DNA of 63,501 nt, filler included, from Salisapilia sapeloensis CBS 127946 (taxonomy: Eukaryota > Protista > Oomycota): NCBI GenBank assembly GCA_023334545.1. It is 6 parts of 6 records of this genome, joined end to end, with 100 filler letters (N's around TTAATTAATTAA, not from the genome) between each part and the next. Parts side by side here need not be neighbours in the genome. Positions count along the whole stretch, not along the records: positions 19,550 to 46,955 come from JAADVB010000235.1; positions 47,056 to 48,560 come from JAADVB010001122.1; positions 48,661 to 56,812 come from JAADVB010000497.1; 3 more parts are not named here. One strand, given 5' to 3'. Below, one piece after another: positions 38,579 to 49,045 of this stretch. Made by a program: the position numbers and the translations under genes. A model generated the notes under the pieces. The model made no database searches. It was not told the DNA's origin and was given only the letters and a program-made list of their open reading frames with translations. Numbering within the stretch: position 1 is the stretch's first letter; each line of letters opens with the position of its first letter.

Positions 38579-39340
38579 GCTCGGCAGAGTATGAGTGAGT
38601 GAAGATGAATAAAACGAGTGATACTTAATGAACCGCTTAATCCATATGCATTTACCGTCCATGAAAGTGCCTCTAGAAACGTCTCTCGTATGTATCATTC
38701 GTAGGTTTCCACAGGACGACTAGTCGCATATATGTCCGAGTTCGAAGCTGCTATATGCGTCGCTCGGGCGTACATCGTGCTGTATGCGTGCTGGTATCAG
38801 CGCAGCATCCTTCGTGTTGACCACCGTATTGTGTCTCGCCAGTGAAGCATTCATTATATCTCTAGTTACCGCAGACAAACTGTTCCCAAGGTCAAATTAC
38901 TCTGGCGCTTGGTGACGACGAGTGAAAGCAGTGCTACGGCTATAGACTTCCAGATGTTCGAAGCTGTAAATTAAGTGGATACTTGGTGCAGTAGTGATAC
39001 ATGAAGCGTGTAGAATTGGTTTGGGCTAAATGGTGGATATGGATGGGCCTTGGATAGATCGGCATACTGTTAGTAGAGTAGCAGGGAACTACAGGATGCT
39101 TTTTTATAAATCAAGGATCACTTCGAACAGCAATCTTAATCAGGCCGTTCATCATTTACTCATCTTTCAAAATAAAATGACTCTAATATACTTCCTACAA
39201 GCAGACCCATCGACGTACAAATTATCTCCATTTGGGTGCATGAAGGCCAACTTCATTTTGGCGGTAAATCATCAATTTGTTATAAAAGGTATACAATAAA
39301 AAAGCTATATTTTGAAACACTTTATCGAACAACGAAAGCT

Positions 39341-39724
39341 ATGACCGAGGTCAGCGATGTGGAGAAGGAGGAGCGTCGACTTCTTGAGGCAATGAGCTCG
39401 ATGAGCTCCAGCATAAAGCAGGTTTGGAACTGTCATTACTTTTAATGTATTTATAGACGCTAACTGGTACATTGCAGCTGAACGAAGTCCTGAGCAAAGT
39501 GAACCAACAAAGTGATGAGCTATCGAAAGACTTGGGTACCGCTGAACGGCAAATGGTATACTTAATTACGCTTGCTTTGGTTTGTGCACCGAAATAACCA
39601 TGGTGGCTATTACTTCTGTCTGTAGAGCGCTTTATATTTGCCATTCCAGTCGGCGATCTACAGCATCCAAAGTCATCGTGCCAGCTTACGAGCAGAAGAG
39701 GACAATGCCTCTCCACTGCATTAA
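39341..39724 (+). CDS. Small coiled-coil protein (~85 aa, 3 exons), possibly a DASH/Dam1-like subunit
   Basis: Spliced product MTEVSDVEKEERRLLEAMSSMSSSIKQ/LNEVLSKVNQQSDELSKDLGTAERQM/SALYLPFQSAIYSIQ..PLH, with GT..CAG and GT..TAG introns both in phase 0. Confidence 0.6.
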
Positions 39725-40116
39725 AAACCACTGCACTTGATTATATTACAAGACCATCAATTCAAGAACATGATGCTTATATTGATACAACCAACTATCT
39801 GCAATTGTCTCGCATCAATATTTCTTAACTTGAAATGCTAAATCCCATCGTGCATCCATCCAAAGCAAAGAACTAGAAGTTAATTTCTATCAGAACAGCA
39901 GACATACCTCCCACCTATTAAACAATCAAAGTAGCTCCATCTCTGCTCATTTTAATCAGCATACATGCAAATACGACCATAAGCGAGGCAATTTACCACA
40001 TACACCTCGAGCATGTCTCCCTGATTTACTCCACATGCTTCTACCTTTGAAATATACTTAGAAAGTAGAGTATACACACCTTGTAGAAATATATGCTCGT
40101 GATCGGAACGTGCATA

Positions 40117-40137
40117 CTCTCTCTCTCTCTCTCTCTC
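40117..40137. repeat. (CT)n microsatellite
   Basis: (CT)10C visible upstream of RAD17. Confidence 0.9.
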
Positions 40138-40247
40138 AGCACGTTATAATGGTGTAATACCGTGACTAGCTTCAGATACTTTGATAGTCTATCAGTCTTT
40201 TACAACATAAAAGAGCATGCTCGACACGAAAATACCAACGACACAAC

Positions 40248-42315
40248 ATGACTCGGGGACAGCGTCGGTACGTCCTCTTTCCACTACATTTTCATTGTAC
40301 AGAGACTATCGACTCTATATCTTACCTCGAGCCATGCATTTAGACTTCGACAAAGACACGCGGACGATGGACAAGATCCCGCAGCAACATCCGTCCATGC
40401 GAGCTCTCCGATCGCTATCTCAAATTCAGATAGTGATGATACTAAGCCACCTCCACGCAAAGCTGCTTTGCACGCTGATCAAAAGCAGTGGAGCTGTCCG
40501 TCATGCACTTATTTGAATGGATCAGATGCAGTAAACTGCAGTATGTGTCAGCAGATAGGACCCGTCCAGCAAGCTAGTACTGGCCGCATGTCATCGTGGC
40601 TCACTCCGCAGCAATCGCAGCCAATGACAAGTGAGAGAGACGACAAAGTAAATGTTGAGATGATAGACAGTAGTAGTGATAGTGATTCATCGATGCGACC
40701 GTCGCAGTCTTCGACACTAGAGTCGATGCCATCGAAGGATCTCTGGTCCGCCTCGCATTCTCCCACTTCTGTGGACCAACTATGTGTCAACAAACGCAAA
40801 CTCACAGAGCTACGTCAATGGCTCATGCAGAACGCAGTACCACTTTCTCATAAACAAAAGAGACTTCTATTCGTATGTGGTCCTCCTGGTATTGGCAAAT
40901 CGACGAGCGTGCGACTATTATGTGAAGAACTAGGAATACAGGTGCGTGAGTGGAAAGAGAATGGAAATGCAGGTCGTATGCACTTCGATAGACTATTAGA
41001 AGACGATATTTTTCGACTTCCCTACACGTCCAATGTCGATGACTTTCATGACTTCGTCCATCGGTCCACGAGCTACCCTGGTCTTCCACTCACATCTAGC
41101 AGAAATACCCCAGATAAAAGCAGTCGTAAAAGAGCTAGAGATGGAAGCAACAATCGTTCCTTAGCACAGAAGCCACAGATCGTCTTGCTCGAGAATTGGC
41201 CAGAAGCATGGGCTGGTAACAGCGACAAGAAGCGTCAGTACGAAGAAAGGATCAGACATGCCTTTCAACAGATCGTCGAGACACAGGATAACTCGGCAAA
41301 TCCTGTCCTGTGTGTATTTAGTGATGTCCGAGAGAAGAAAGTGGACGAAAAATATCTAGCGAAACGATTTTCCTCCAATGTCGTCCGCTCTCCCTTCACC
41401 GACGTTTTGCATATTAACCCCGTCACTACAGGTACATCATCCAGGCACATCTATTCCTATATTCGTGTCTGATAAGTTTGTAGCTCAATTGCAAAAGCAT
41501 ATCAAACGCATTGCGAAAGAACATGGTAAGACGTTGTCGACAGGAGCTGCAGCAGACATTGCTGGTGCTAGTCAAGGAGACCTTCGTCATGCGATCAATG
41601 CGCTGCAACTGCGTCTTTCAGTTCGGAGTAGTAAATCCTCATTAGCATTGCAAAAGGACGGGTTTCCATCCGACATGCACTTGATCGGAAAGTTGGTCCA
41701 TGGAAAAGAGCTGTCAACAGAGGAAGGACAGGATCAGTTGTTAGAAGCATCACCTATGTCTCTAGAAACCATCCTGTCGTATGTCCATGAGAACTGTATC
41801 GATCACTTTACGGATGTCGAGGACTATGCAGAGGCAATGGAATGGATGAGCTCGATGAAAGATATGCTCGAGAGATCGTATCAAGCCATTACGTTTTCTC
41901 AGGTTGAATATTCGGATAAGATGCGCTAGATGTATGATTCACAAGTGTGTAGGCAAGAGAGAAGACGCGAGATGTGACTCGTGCAATTTTATCTGGACTG
42001 GTCAAAGTCACGAATCAACATCCGGCTCCAAAAGCATTTTGTCCGATACGGAAGCCGCAAGCGACAGAGATGAATCGGTCCATGGAAACTTCGAACGACG
42101 CTGCCAACGGAAACTTGGAAGAAACAAACGGTCAACGAATTCCATGGCGACAAGTCGCATATGCCTGTTCAAGAAACATGTATTATCAGGAAATTGCACC
42201 GTTTCATCCGTTTCTCCATCGACCTAGAAAGGTTGAGGAAGCGCTCGACGATACTGCGACTTCGTTTGCTGAAGTAGAGTTAGTAGAAGAAATCAGTGAT
42301 ACAGATGACTGGTAG
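40248..42315 (+). CDS. RAD17: Cell-cycle checkpoint clamp loader Rad17 with N-terminal RanBP2/NZF zinc finger (4 exons)
   Basis: DLWSASHSPTSVDQLCVNKRK..LRQWL, Walker A GPPGIGKST, GDLRHAINALQL, LGKLVH-like segment, acidic C-end EEISDTDDW. Zinc finger WSCPSCTYLN..CSMC. The ATG at 40248 plus an intron of ~40268-40343 is inferred. Confidence 0.85.
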
Positions 42316-42636
42316 AACGAATGCATTGCATGAACGAAATATCTTGTTGTACAAATGCGTTCCAAGTACTAGTAGCTATCACGGGTATGTATCAGAAGAC
42401 GGCGAGATATGCATTGGGACACTTCTGTCCCTTACTACTACTTTAGAAGTCGCGAAAAATGTACAGCTGTCACATTGCTACAAGAATGGTGATCACCGCA
42501 TAAGCAAACCGCATGCATTTCGATCGGATCAGCATCGAAAATATTTTTATTGCATACAGTTTATTTACAAAAACTTACTTTATTTTATCTCCTCACTCCA
42601 TACTCCTCACTTTGCTATCTGCCATATACGTGCTTC

Positions 42637-44102
42637 ATGTCCGTACAGACTAAGTTACCCGTCGTTCTCATCCATGGTACCAGGACTATTTATATCGTGT
42701 ATAAACAGAGTATTGACGTGTTTGGGCAGGTGCATTCGGGTTTGGACGTCGTCGACCAGCATACGGTATCGGACCGACCTATTGGCCAGACAAGGACCTG
42801 CATGAGCTAAATCCGAACCACATTATAGTGGAGTGTGGGATGCTCACTTCCGACCACGATCGTGCTTGTGAAGTCTTTTATCAGCTCTATGGTGGCACGA
42901 TTGACTATGGCAAAGAGCACTCGGAGGCATGTGGGCACCATCGCTTTGGAGCGACCTACGAGAAGCCTTTGCATCCGAATTGGGGTCCTGACCGACCATT
43001 GCACCTTGTTGGACACAGTATGGGAGGTACTACAGCGCTGGAATTGTATCAGCTTATCGCGAAAGACCATTTCAACGTTGGCTCTAACTCATCCTGGGTG
43101 CGTAGCCTCACATCCATTGCAGCACCTTTAACCGGTGCCACATTTCCGCACCTCTTTGGTATTTATGACATTGAGTCTCCACTCAAACTCCGTGCACAAC
43201 TCTTCTGTGTTGCTGCGACAACTTGGCTGCGCATGTATCAACAATTTCCATTCTTACGTGATTTCTTCGATCTCCGGATGGATCAATGGGGCGATCATTC
43301 CATCACAGAACTCGCGGGTGCGAATATGGCAACGAAGATGAATGCAGACTATCTCGTGTTCGATCTGCTACCATACCGACGTATCGAGCGCAATCGGAGG
43401 TTGGAGCACATGGACGACATATATCTCCTTAGTGTCGCTACTTCTCACGAGTCGACACACACAGCCATCTTGGAGGTATGCACGCTGCTGATAATCCTCT
43501 TTCTAGTATTTGATCCGATTTCAATGAGCATTGAATTGTCCATGAGGTTGTGGGTGGGTGCTGGTCTGCTCACCTTCTTGATATGGAGACTAAAGAACCT
43601 CAATTATGCTCGTCTGCCAACCTTTTATTGGTCCAACTGGGCAGTACAAGTCGTGACAAAGTCTCTTCCAAACATGCTCGAAGGTTACGAGCCTGATTTG
43701 TGGGTACTGAATGATGGCGCGATAAATATCGGCTCCATGCTACGTCCATGGTTTCCAAAGTCATCTGAAATAACTGGGAGCGTGCGGTCAAAGGAGAAGA
43801 CAACATCCTTTGCATACGGCCCTGATATGGTAGTCGATGAAGTCCCTCTACGTGATGCGAGTCTGAGTCGGAAAGACTCTTACATTCCCTTAGACGATGT
43901 GCCTAGTACTGCACGTGCTGAGAGAGGAAAATGGTATCTGCATCGTGTGGATGGAAACCATTTCACGAGTACTTCCTTCGATCGCGATGCGAGGGATTTA
44001 TTTGAAACCTTATTTTTGAGGATGAAAACCAAGTACGAAAACGAGGCATCCAGTCTCGAGTGGACGGACGTGACGAACGAAAACATTTTTAATTCCACAT
44101 GA
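42637..44102 (+). CDS. Lipase resembling bacterial subfamily I.5/I.6 enzymes, with an inserted hydrophobic hairpin (2 exons)
   Basis: ATG 42637; PVVLIHG/AFGFG after intron ~42677-42729. DRACEVFYQLYGGTIDYG..H..GH.RFG, nucleophile GHSMGG, NDGAIN, late His (GNHF). Confidence 0.82.
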
Positions 44103-45959
44103 ACTCGCTTGTGTTCGAGTTTTGTCGTGCACAGAAGCGGACACCACTGTAGGTAGGAAATGGACATAACAAGTTGTCATAAAGACAGGAGCTGTGATGA
44201 TGAGTGGCTACCTAGGTATCGCTCTTTTGGCGCCAAGTGCGACGCTTAATGTTTATATATAACTGTTGCTTTAAGTGCATGGCTTTAAACAAGTTACGAG
44301 ATGTTTGGATTTGTTTCTGCTGTTTGTGAAGGATTGATGCCTCTCCAATGTCTTTGTGGGTTAGTTCCTACCGTTTATTTAGATCTCTCTGATTCCTCCA
44401 GAAGCTCATTGTAGCATTGTCCGTAGAGCATATCCCACGCGTTACGATGGTAGGCTGTTGATGCGTTATGTGCATCGACTGAATTATTATATTCTACGTA
44501 GGTCGATAGTAAATGACAGAAGATACAGCTAGATTATACGTGTATCAGGTAGTAGATAGAATACTTGTCGAGTATCAATTGTACATATACAAAATTCATT
44601 CCTTGCACAAACAGGATCTAGAACTGATTTTATCATCCTTGTAGCATTTATTTGTACGCAAAACGTTTTATTTAGCAATATCTACCCCAAGGAGGAGGTG
44701 GCAGTGAACTCCTTTAGACACCTGAATAGAATAACGCGTATATGTACTGATTTCTCATACCGAACTATAAACCAAATGGTATTCATAGATTTTGCTGGCT
44801 TGAGCTTGACGACAGGATTATACTTACAACAATGAAAGCATAAATTGTAGAAAGCTTCAAGCTTTCTTCATACGGGACTGTATTCCAAGTAAGTTTTATG
44901 CGGCAGGATTCATAAGAGCAGCGAAGCAAATTGGAAGAGCTGGTGTAGATATACATATAACAATATAAGTGTGAAAAGATGATTTACAGAAACTTAACAC
45001 AGTTTTGTTGTGTAAGTGATGAAGCAAAAGTTTAAAGCGCAGCCATCGGTGAGAGGCAAGACGTCCTTCGCAATTCAGCTTTGGCAGTACGATGAAGGTC
45101 AAGGTGACCATAACATAACTATATAGGCGTTGGAAGACCATATCATTAAATCAAGCTCGAAGGTCCATAAGGATCGTTTCATATTCTTTTGGTACCGAGC
45201 ATTAGATCGATTGGATGTAACGAGTCAAACTGGGATGCATGATCTTATATCATGTTCAAACGGTGTTCGTGCACGTGGCATTTTAAATCAGATCCTTCAA
45301 CGGCCGGATATGCATGTCGAGCGAGATTTACCGCCTTATCACAATGTCAGTTTAAGTACTATTGTCTAGCCGAGAAGGCTCTCATATTCACCGTACTTCT
45401 CGTAAGACGCAAATTCCCGCCACCCGATTCCATGGTAATGGACAAACCAACTTTAATCTTTGCAGCACCGCATACATCAATCACACATAGTTCTGCATTT
45501 GACTTTCATCAAGTGGCCAGGTATGGCGTACAGATAAAGCTGGGTACTCCAGGCAGGATGGTCGGATGAGTGAAAGAGAAGGTAAAGAATTCGAGCGGAA
45601 TCCGAGTGATAAGATGAGGACGGAAGTTTCTCATACGATGGATATGCGCCGGTGGTCGATCAGGACAACAACATTGGGTCTTGGTTAAGAACGGTAGGCG
45701 GTGGAAGTGCATGGAGGTACCTGGGCTGCATACTGTGGCAATGAGTGCGATCGCGAATCATATTCCGACTGGAAAGCTGCAACAAGCTTGTGCAAAAGCG
45801 ATAGCAGGACGCGCCTCATAGGGACGAATTGCCGCATCATGGTTATCGCTGCGAAGCTAAGTGATCTACTGCGTAGAGCGCTCTGTGCTTTAGCAATCAG
45901 TAAACAAATAGTTTCTGACGGATCACGCCGTTAGCTTAGACATATAAAGACTTTGTTGT

Positions 45960-45993
45960 TGGTGGTGGTGGTGATGGTGGTGGTGATGGTGAT
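45960..45993. repeat. (GGT/GAT)n trinucleotide microsatellite
   Basis: tggtggtggtggtgatggtggtggtgatggtgat in intergenic DNA. Confidence 0.8.
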
Positions 45994-46742
45994 CATGCAA
46001 AGGTAAAGGTGTATTAGCTTTCGTCAAACCTACGTCTACCCTTGCTTATTCCTAAGGGCTCGAAGGAAGAGCAAAGCCAAAAGCTAGCGGCAGATGAAAG
46101 TTGGCTGCATTGCTCTTGATTTGCATTTATAAATGGAGTCTACTAAAATGATCACACATGAATCTGGTACGAAAACCGCGAGCATATTTCGCAGAGGCTG
46201 CATGCGTTGGCAAGGGCTTGCGTAGATATCTAGCTGTCAGCTCAATTCAGTCCATGCAGAGTTCTGGTACAATCGGAATAGTTCAAGAAGCAGCAGTATC
46301 CTTTGGGATTCCTGCTGAAACGAAATAATACCTCTACACCATCTTGCAGAATGCCATTTTCTTGAATTTATGTCTAGTTATGCGGAGAGCACCATCTCAT
46401 CAACTAGCGCTTATGTCGGCAACCGATGGTCCTCTTCCTTCGTTGGTCCTAAAGGTGACATGCACGATACATAGCCTTCCATACATTGCATTCCTGTGCT
46501 TCACTTGGCCCTAGCAGCAGCTTTGATCAAAGGGAACGGGGCAAGGTAAAATAGCAAGCAAACCATATCTAGCGTATTGGTAAAGGAGAATATCTCTTAT
46601 TTGGTATTGTGCGAAGTGAAATTTAAAGCCGGAATTTGTTTTCACAGCAGAGCGAAAATCATACCATCTTCGATCTTTCCGATAGTGCTGCGATACAACG
46701 GCTTGCTTAAATATCACTACTATATTCACCACGCTCAGGCGA

Positions 46743-46955
46743 TTAGAGGACACGGACACCACTGGTCTGGGTGTCCGTGGTAGTAGTATTAGCAGGTGAC
46801 TCGGATGTCTCGGATGCTTCAGATCCGTCATCGCCAACCGACTGCGTTGCAAGGGTAGAACCAGAACTCGTGCTCGTAGATTCCTCCTCCTCCTCTTCTT
46901 CTTCGGCAGCCGATGCCGTTTCAAAAGAACCAGAACTCGGCGGGGCTTCTGTAGA
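46743..46955 (-). CDS. 3' end of a Ser/Thr/Glu-rich (mucin-like) protein, truncated by the linker
   Basis: Open frame from the contig edge: STEAPPSSGSFETASAAEEEEEEESTSTSS..PANTTTTDTQTSGVRVL-stop (TAA at 46743-46745). Confidence 0.55.
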   Translation of the reverse strand, partial: STEAPPSSGSFETASAAEEEEEEEESTSTSSGSTLATQSVGDDGSEASETSESPANTTTTDTQTSGVRVL

Positions 46956-47055
46956 NNNNNNNNNNNNNNNNNNNNNNNNNNNNNNNNNNNNNNNNNNNNT
47001 TAATTAATTAANNNNNNNNNNNNNNNNNNNNNNNNNNNNNNNNNNNNNNNNNNNN
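46956..47055. other. Artificial contig linker
   Basis: 44 N + TTAATTAATTAA + 44 N. Confidence 0.97.
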
Positions 47056-47351
47056 ATCACCAATGGCCCTCTAACGAGCCCTACTTATTTTCTAGATTAC
47101 CACATCCATCCTAGTCCTTTTGTCTATCAATTTACTTTGCACAGCCATCTTGCTCACCGCCGTCCTTTGCAGCACACCCAAAGCCCTCATTTCGAAGTAG
47201 CCGATCGCAGAGCATCAATCCACTTTTCCTGCATGCTCACGAGGAGCCAAGGCGCTCAGTCCTCCTTTTGTCAAAGCAGCATCTGATGGCCGTCTCGATC
47301 GAAACAAAAGATAAAAATTGAACGGCGGAATCGAACCCAGTGCATCGACTG

Positions 47352-48167
47352 ATGAAGGAAGGCTTCGCGACGAGCGTCTTTTCGGCCATCGAGCACGCGC
47401 AGGACGGCACGCACGCCGATGGAGCTTCTCTGCGCGACACGCTGATGAAGCTGCACGAGAACAAAGAGCTCATCCGGGAGCTCGACCTGTCGGAGCTATC
47501 GCAGACCAAGCAGCTCGGACCGAACGGAGCTTCTCTCATCGCGCGGGTGCTGGAGGTCAACACGACCGTGGAGCATTTGCTGATGACCGGACACGCCATC
47601 GGAGACGAAGGCTGCCGCTACATGGCCGCCATGCTGCGGAAGAACTCGACGCTCAAGCGACTCAACTTGGACGGGTGTGCCATCACGGACGTGGGTGTGA
47701 AGGACGTGGCGAGTGCGTTGTACGGCCACGAGAGCCTCAAGTACTTGGCTCTTGAAGGAAATGATATCTCGGACGAAGGCGCGACCGCGTTGGCCCACGC
47801 CATCGAAGGTGCGTTTGATAGTACCTGAATAGGCGCTTTGTAGTTTAACTGGAGGCGGGTTTGTGGCATAGGCAACCGGTCGCTGAAGGGTCTGAAGCTG
47901 AGTCGGAACCGAATCGGAGAGGAAGGGGCCAAGGCGCTGACGGAGGCGGTGACCAAGAACCGGTCGTTGCGAGCCGTGAGTCTCCGGCAGAACGAGGGTG
48001 TGCCGAAGGAGGTGAGCGGTCAGCTGTTGGCCGCGATCGCGCTGAACAAGATGTCGATGAAGCGAGTAAAGCGGGAGCTAGATGCTGCTGCGAGGGCCGA
48101 GGCCGAGGCGTTGGAGGCGGAGGACGACGACATTGACGAAGACGACGATGGGGGCGTGTGGATATAG
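47352..48167 (+). CDS. RNI-like leucine-rich-repeat protein (2 exons)
   Basis: 28-residue repeats LxxNxxLxxLxLxxNxIGDEG (VNTTVEHLLMTGHAIGDEG, KNSTLKRLNLDGCAITDVG, HESLKYLALEGNDISDEG, GNRSLKGLKLSRNRIGEEG). Intron GTGCGT..CATAG; acidic tail. Confidence 0.8.
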
Positions 48168-48560
48168 GGTGCGTGGAGGCAGTATGGGTCTTGAAGGTGC
48201 GGACGAGAAGGAGTCGATAACTCTCTGGATGAAGTGGATCTTGGGTAGAGAAGCCGATACGCGCGCCGAGGTTGGCGAGAGAAATACAAAAGCGATCAAG
48301 TATGTTATGAGCCGGCAGTGTTTGTCTTGGTATGAGGAGTTCGTTCGTTTGGTCGTGGATGGGAGGAACCTTTGATGCTGCCGGATAGGCCGTCTCCCAC
48401 ACCATCGCATGTCGATAGTGCGTCGAGCGACCTTTCAAAGGAGCTAGTGACTACTAGCGGCCGACTCTCGATCACACCATTCGATACTGCATTCCTGTCT
48501 TCGTCCAGAAGACTGAAAGATGTCAGACTGGAAGGCCTTGAACGATGGTACGGAAGTCTC

Positions 48561-48660
48561 NNNNNNNNNNNNNNNNNNNNNNNNNNNNNNNNNNNNNNNN
48601 NNNNTTAATTAATTAANNNNNNNNNNNNNNNNNNNNNNNNNNNNNNNNNNNNNNNNNNNN
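48561..48660. other. Artificial contig linker
   Basis: 44 N + TTAATTAATTAA + 44 N. Confidence 0.97.
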
Positions 48661-48801
48661 CACCGATTGAAACGTGCGGTGCCAAATCTGCGTATCCTCT
48701 TTGCTACCAATCAGGCAATAGCTACCCATAATTTCAACCAATAAGAACATAGCACAAGGATAACTCTACAATCTGGCCTATGTGTGCCACACCCCGTGAC
48801 A
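48661..48801 (-). repeat. 3' LTR (partial, U3 portion)
   Basis: Ends in ..CCGTGACA, the inverted repeat of TGTCACGG at 56672. 48661-48696 is identical to 56777-56812. CCAAT boxes at 48707-48711 and 48738-48742. Confidence 0.9.
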
Positions 48802-48812
48802 CCACCCCCTCC
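48802..48812 (-). other. Polypurine tract
   Basis: Minus strand GGAGGGGGTGG directly abuts the 3' LTR start (TGTCACGG). Confidence 0.85.
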
Positions 48813-49002
48813 AAAACTGCGAACACACTCGCGAGCGAGCAGCGGTCTCCGCCGGCTTGCGCACCCTTCTTCCTAGTCTTCAAGCAATCGTCACCAGCAC
48901 CTTCTGGTGACGCTGGACCTTGTTGAGGCAATCCATTCGGCACGAGACTTGATATCGACACACTGGCGATATTCCAGGCGCTGACACGACCGCGCCACCT
49001 TC

Positions 49003-49008
49003 TCATTC
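49003..49008 (+). promoter_or_regulatory. INR-like element for the antisense ORF
   Basis: TCATTC (oomycete INR TCAYTY) about 40 nt upstream of ATG 49046; no clear FPR. Confidence 0.4.
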
Positions 49009-49045
49009 CTTGAATCGCATCACAACAAGCATCTCCACTCACGTC

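Noticed and set aside
44880-45940. Possible transposon relic (LASHRWLRFK resembling a CENP-B HTH)
   Set aside because: The similarity is too weak and fragmented to assign by eye.
46771-47007. ORF-track entries containing X runs (also 48372-48608, 56857-57042, and the end of 59399-60295)
   Set aside because: They read into artificial N linkers.
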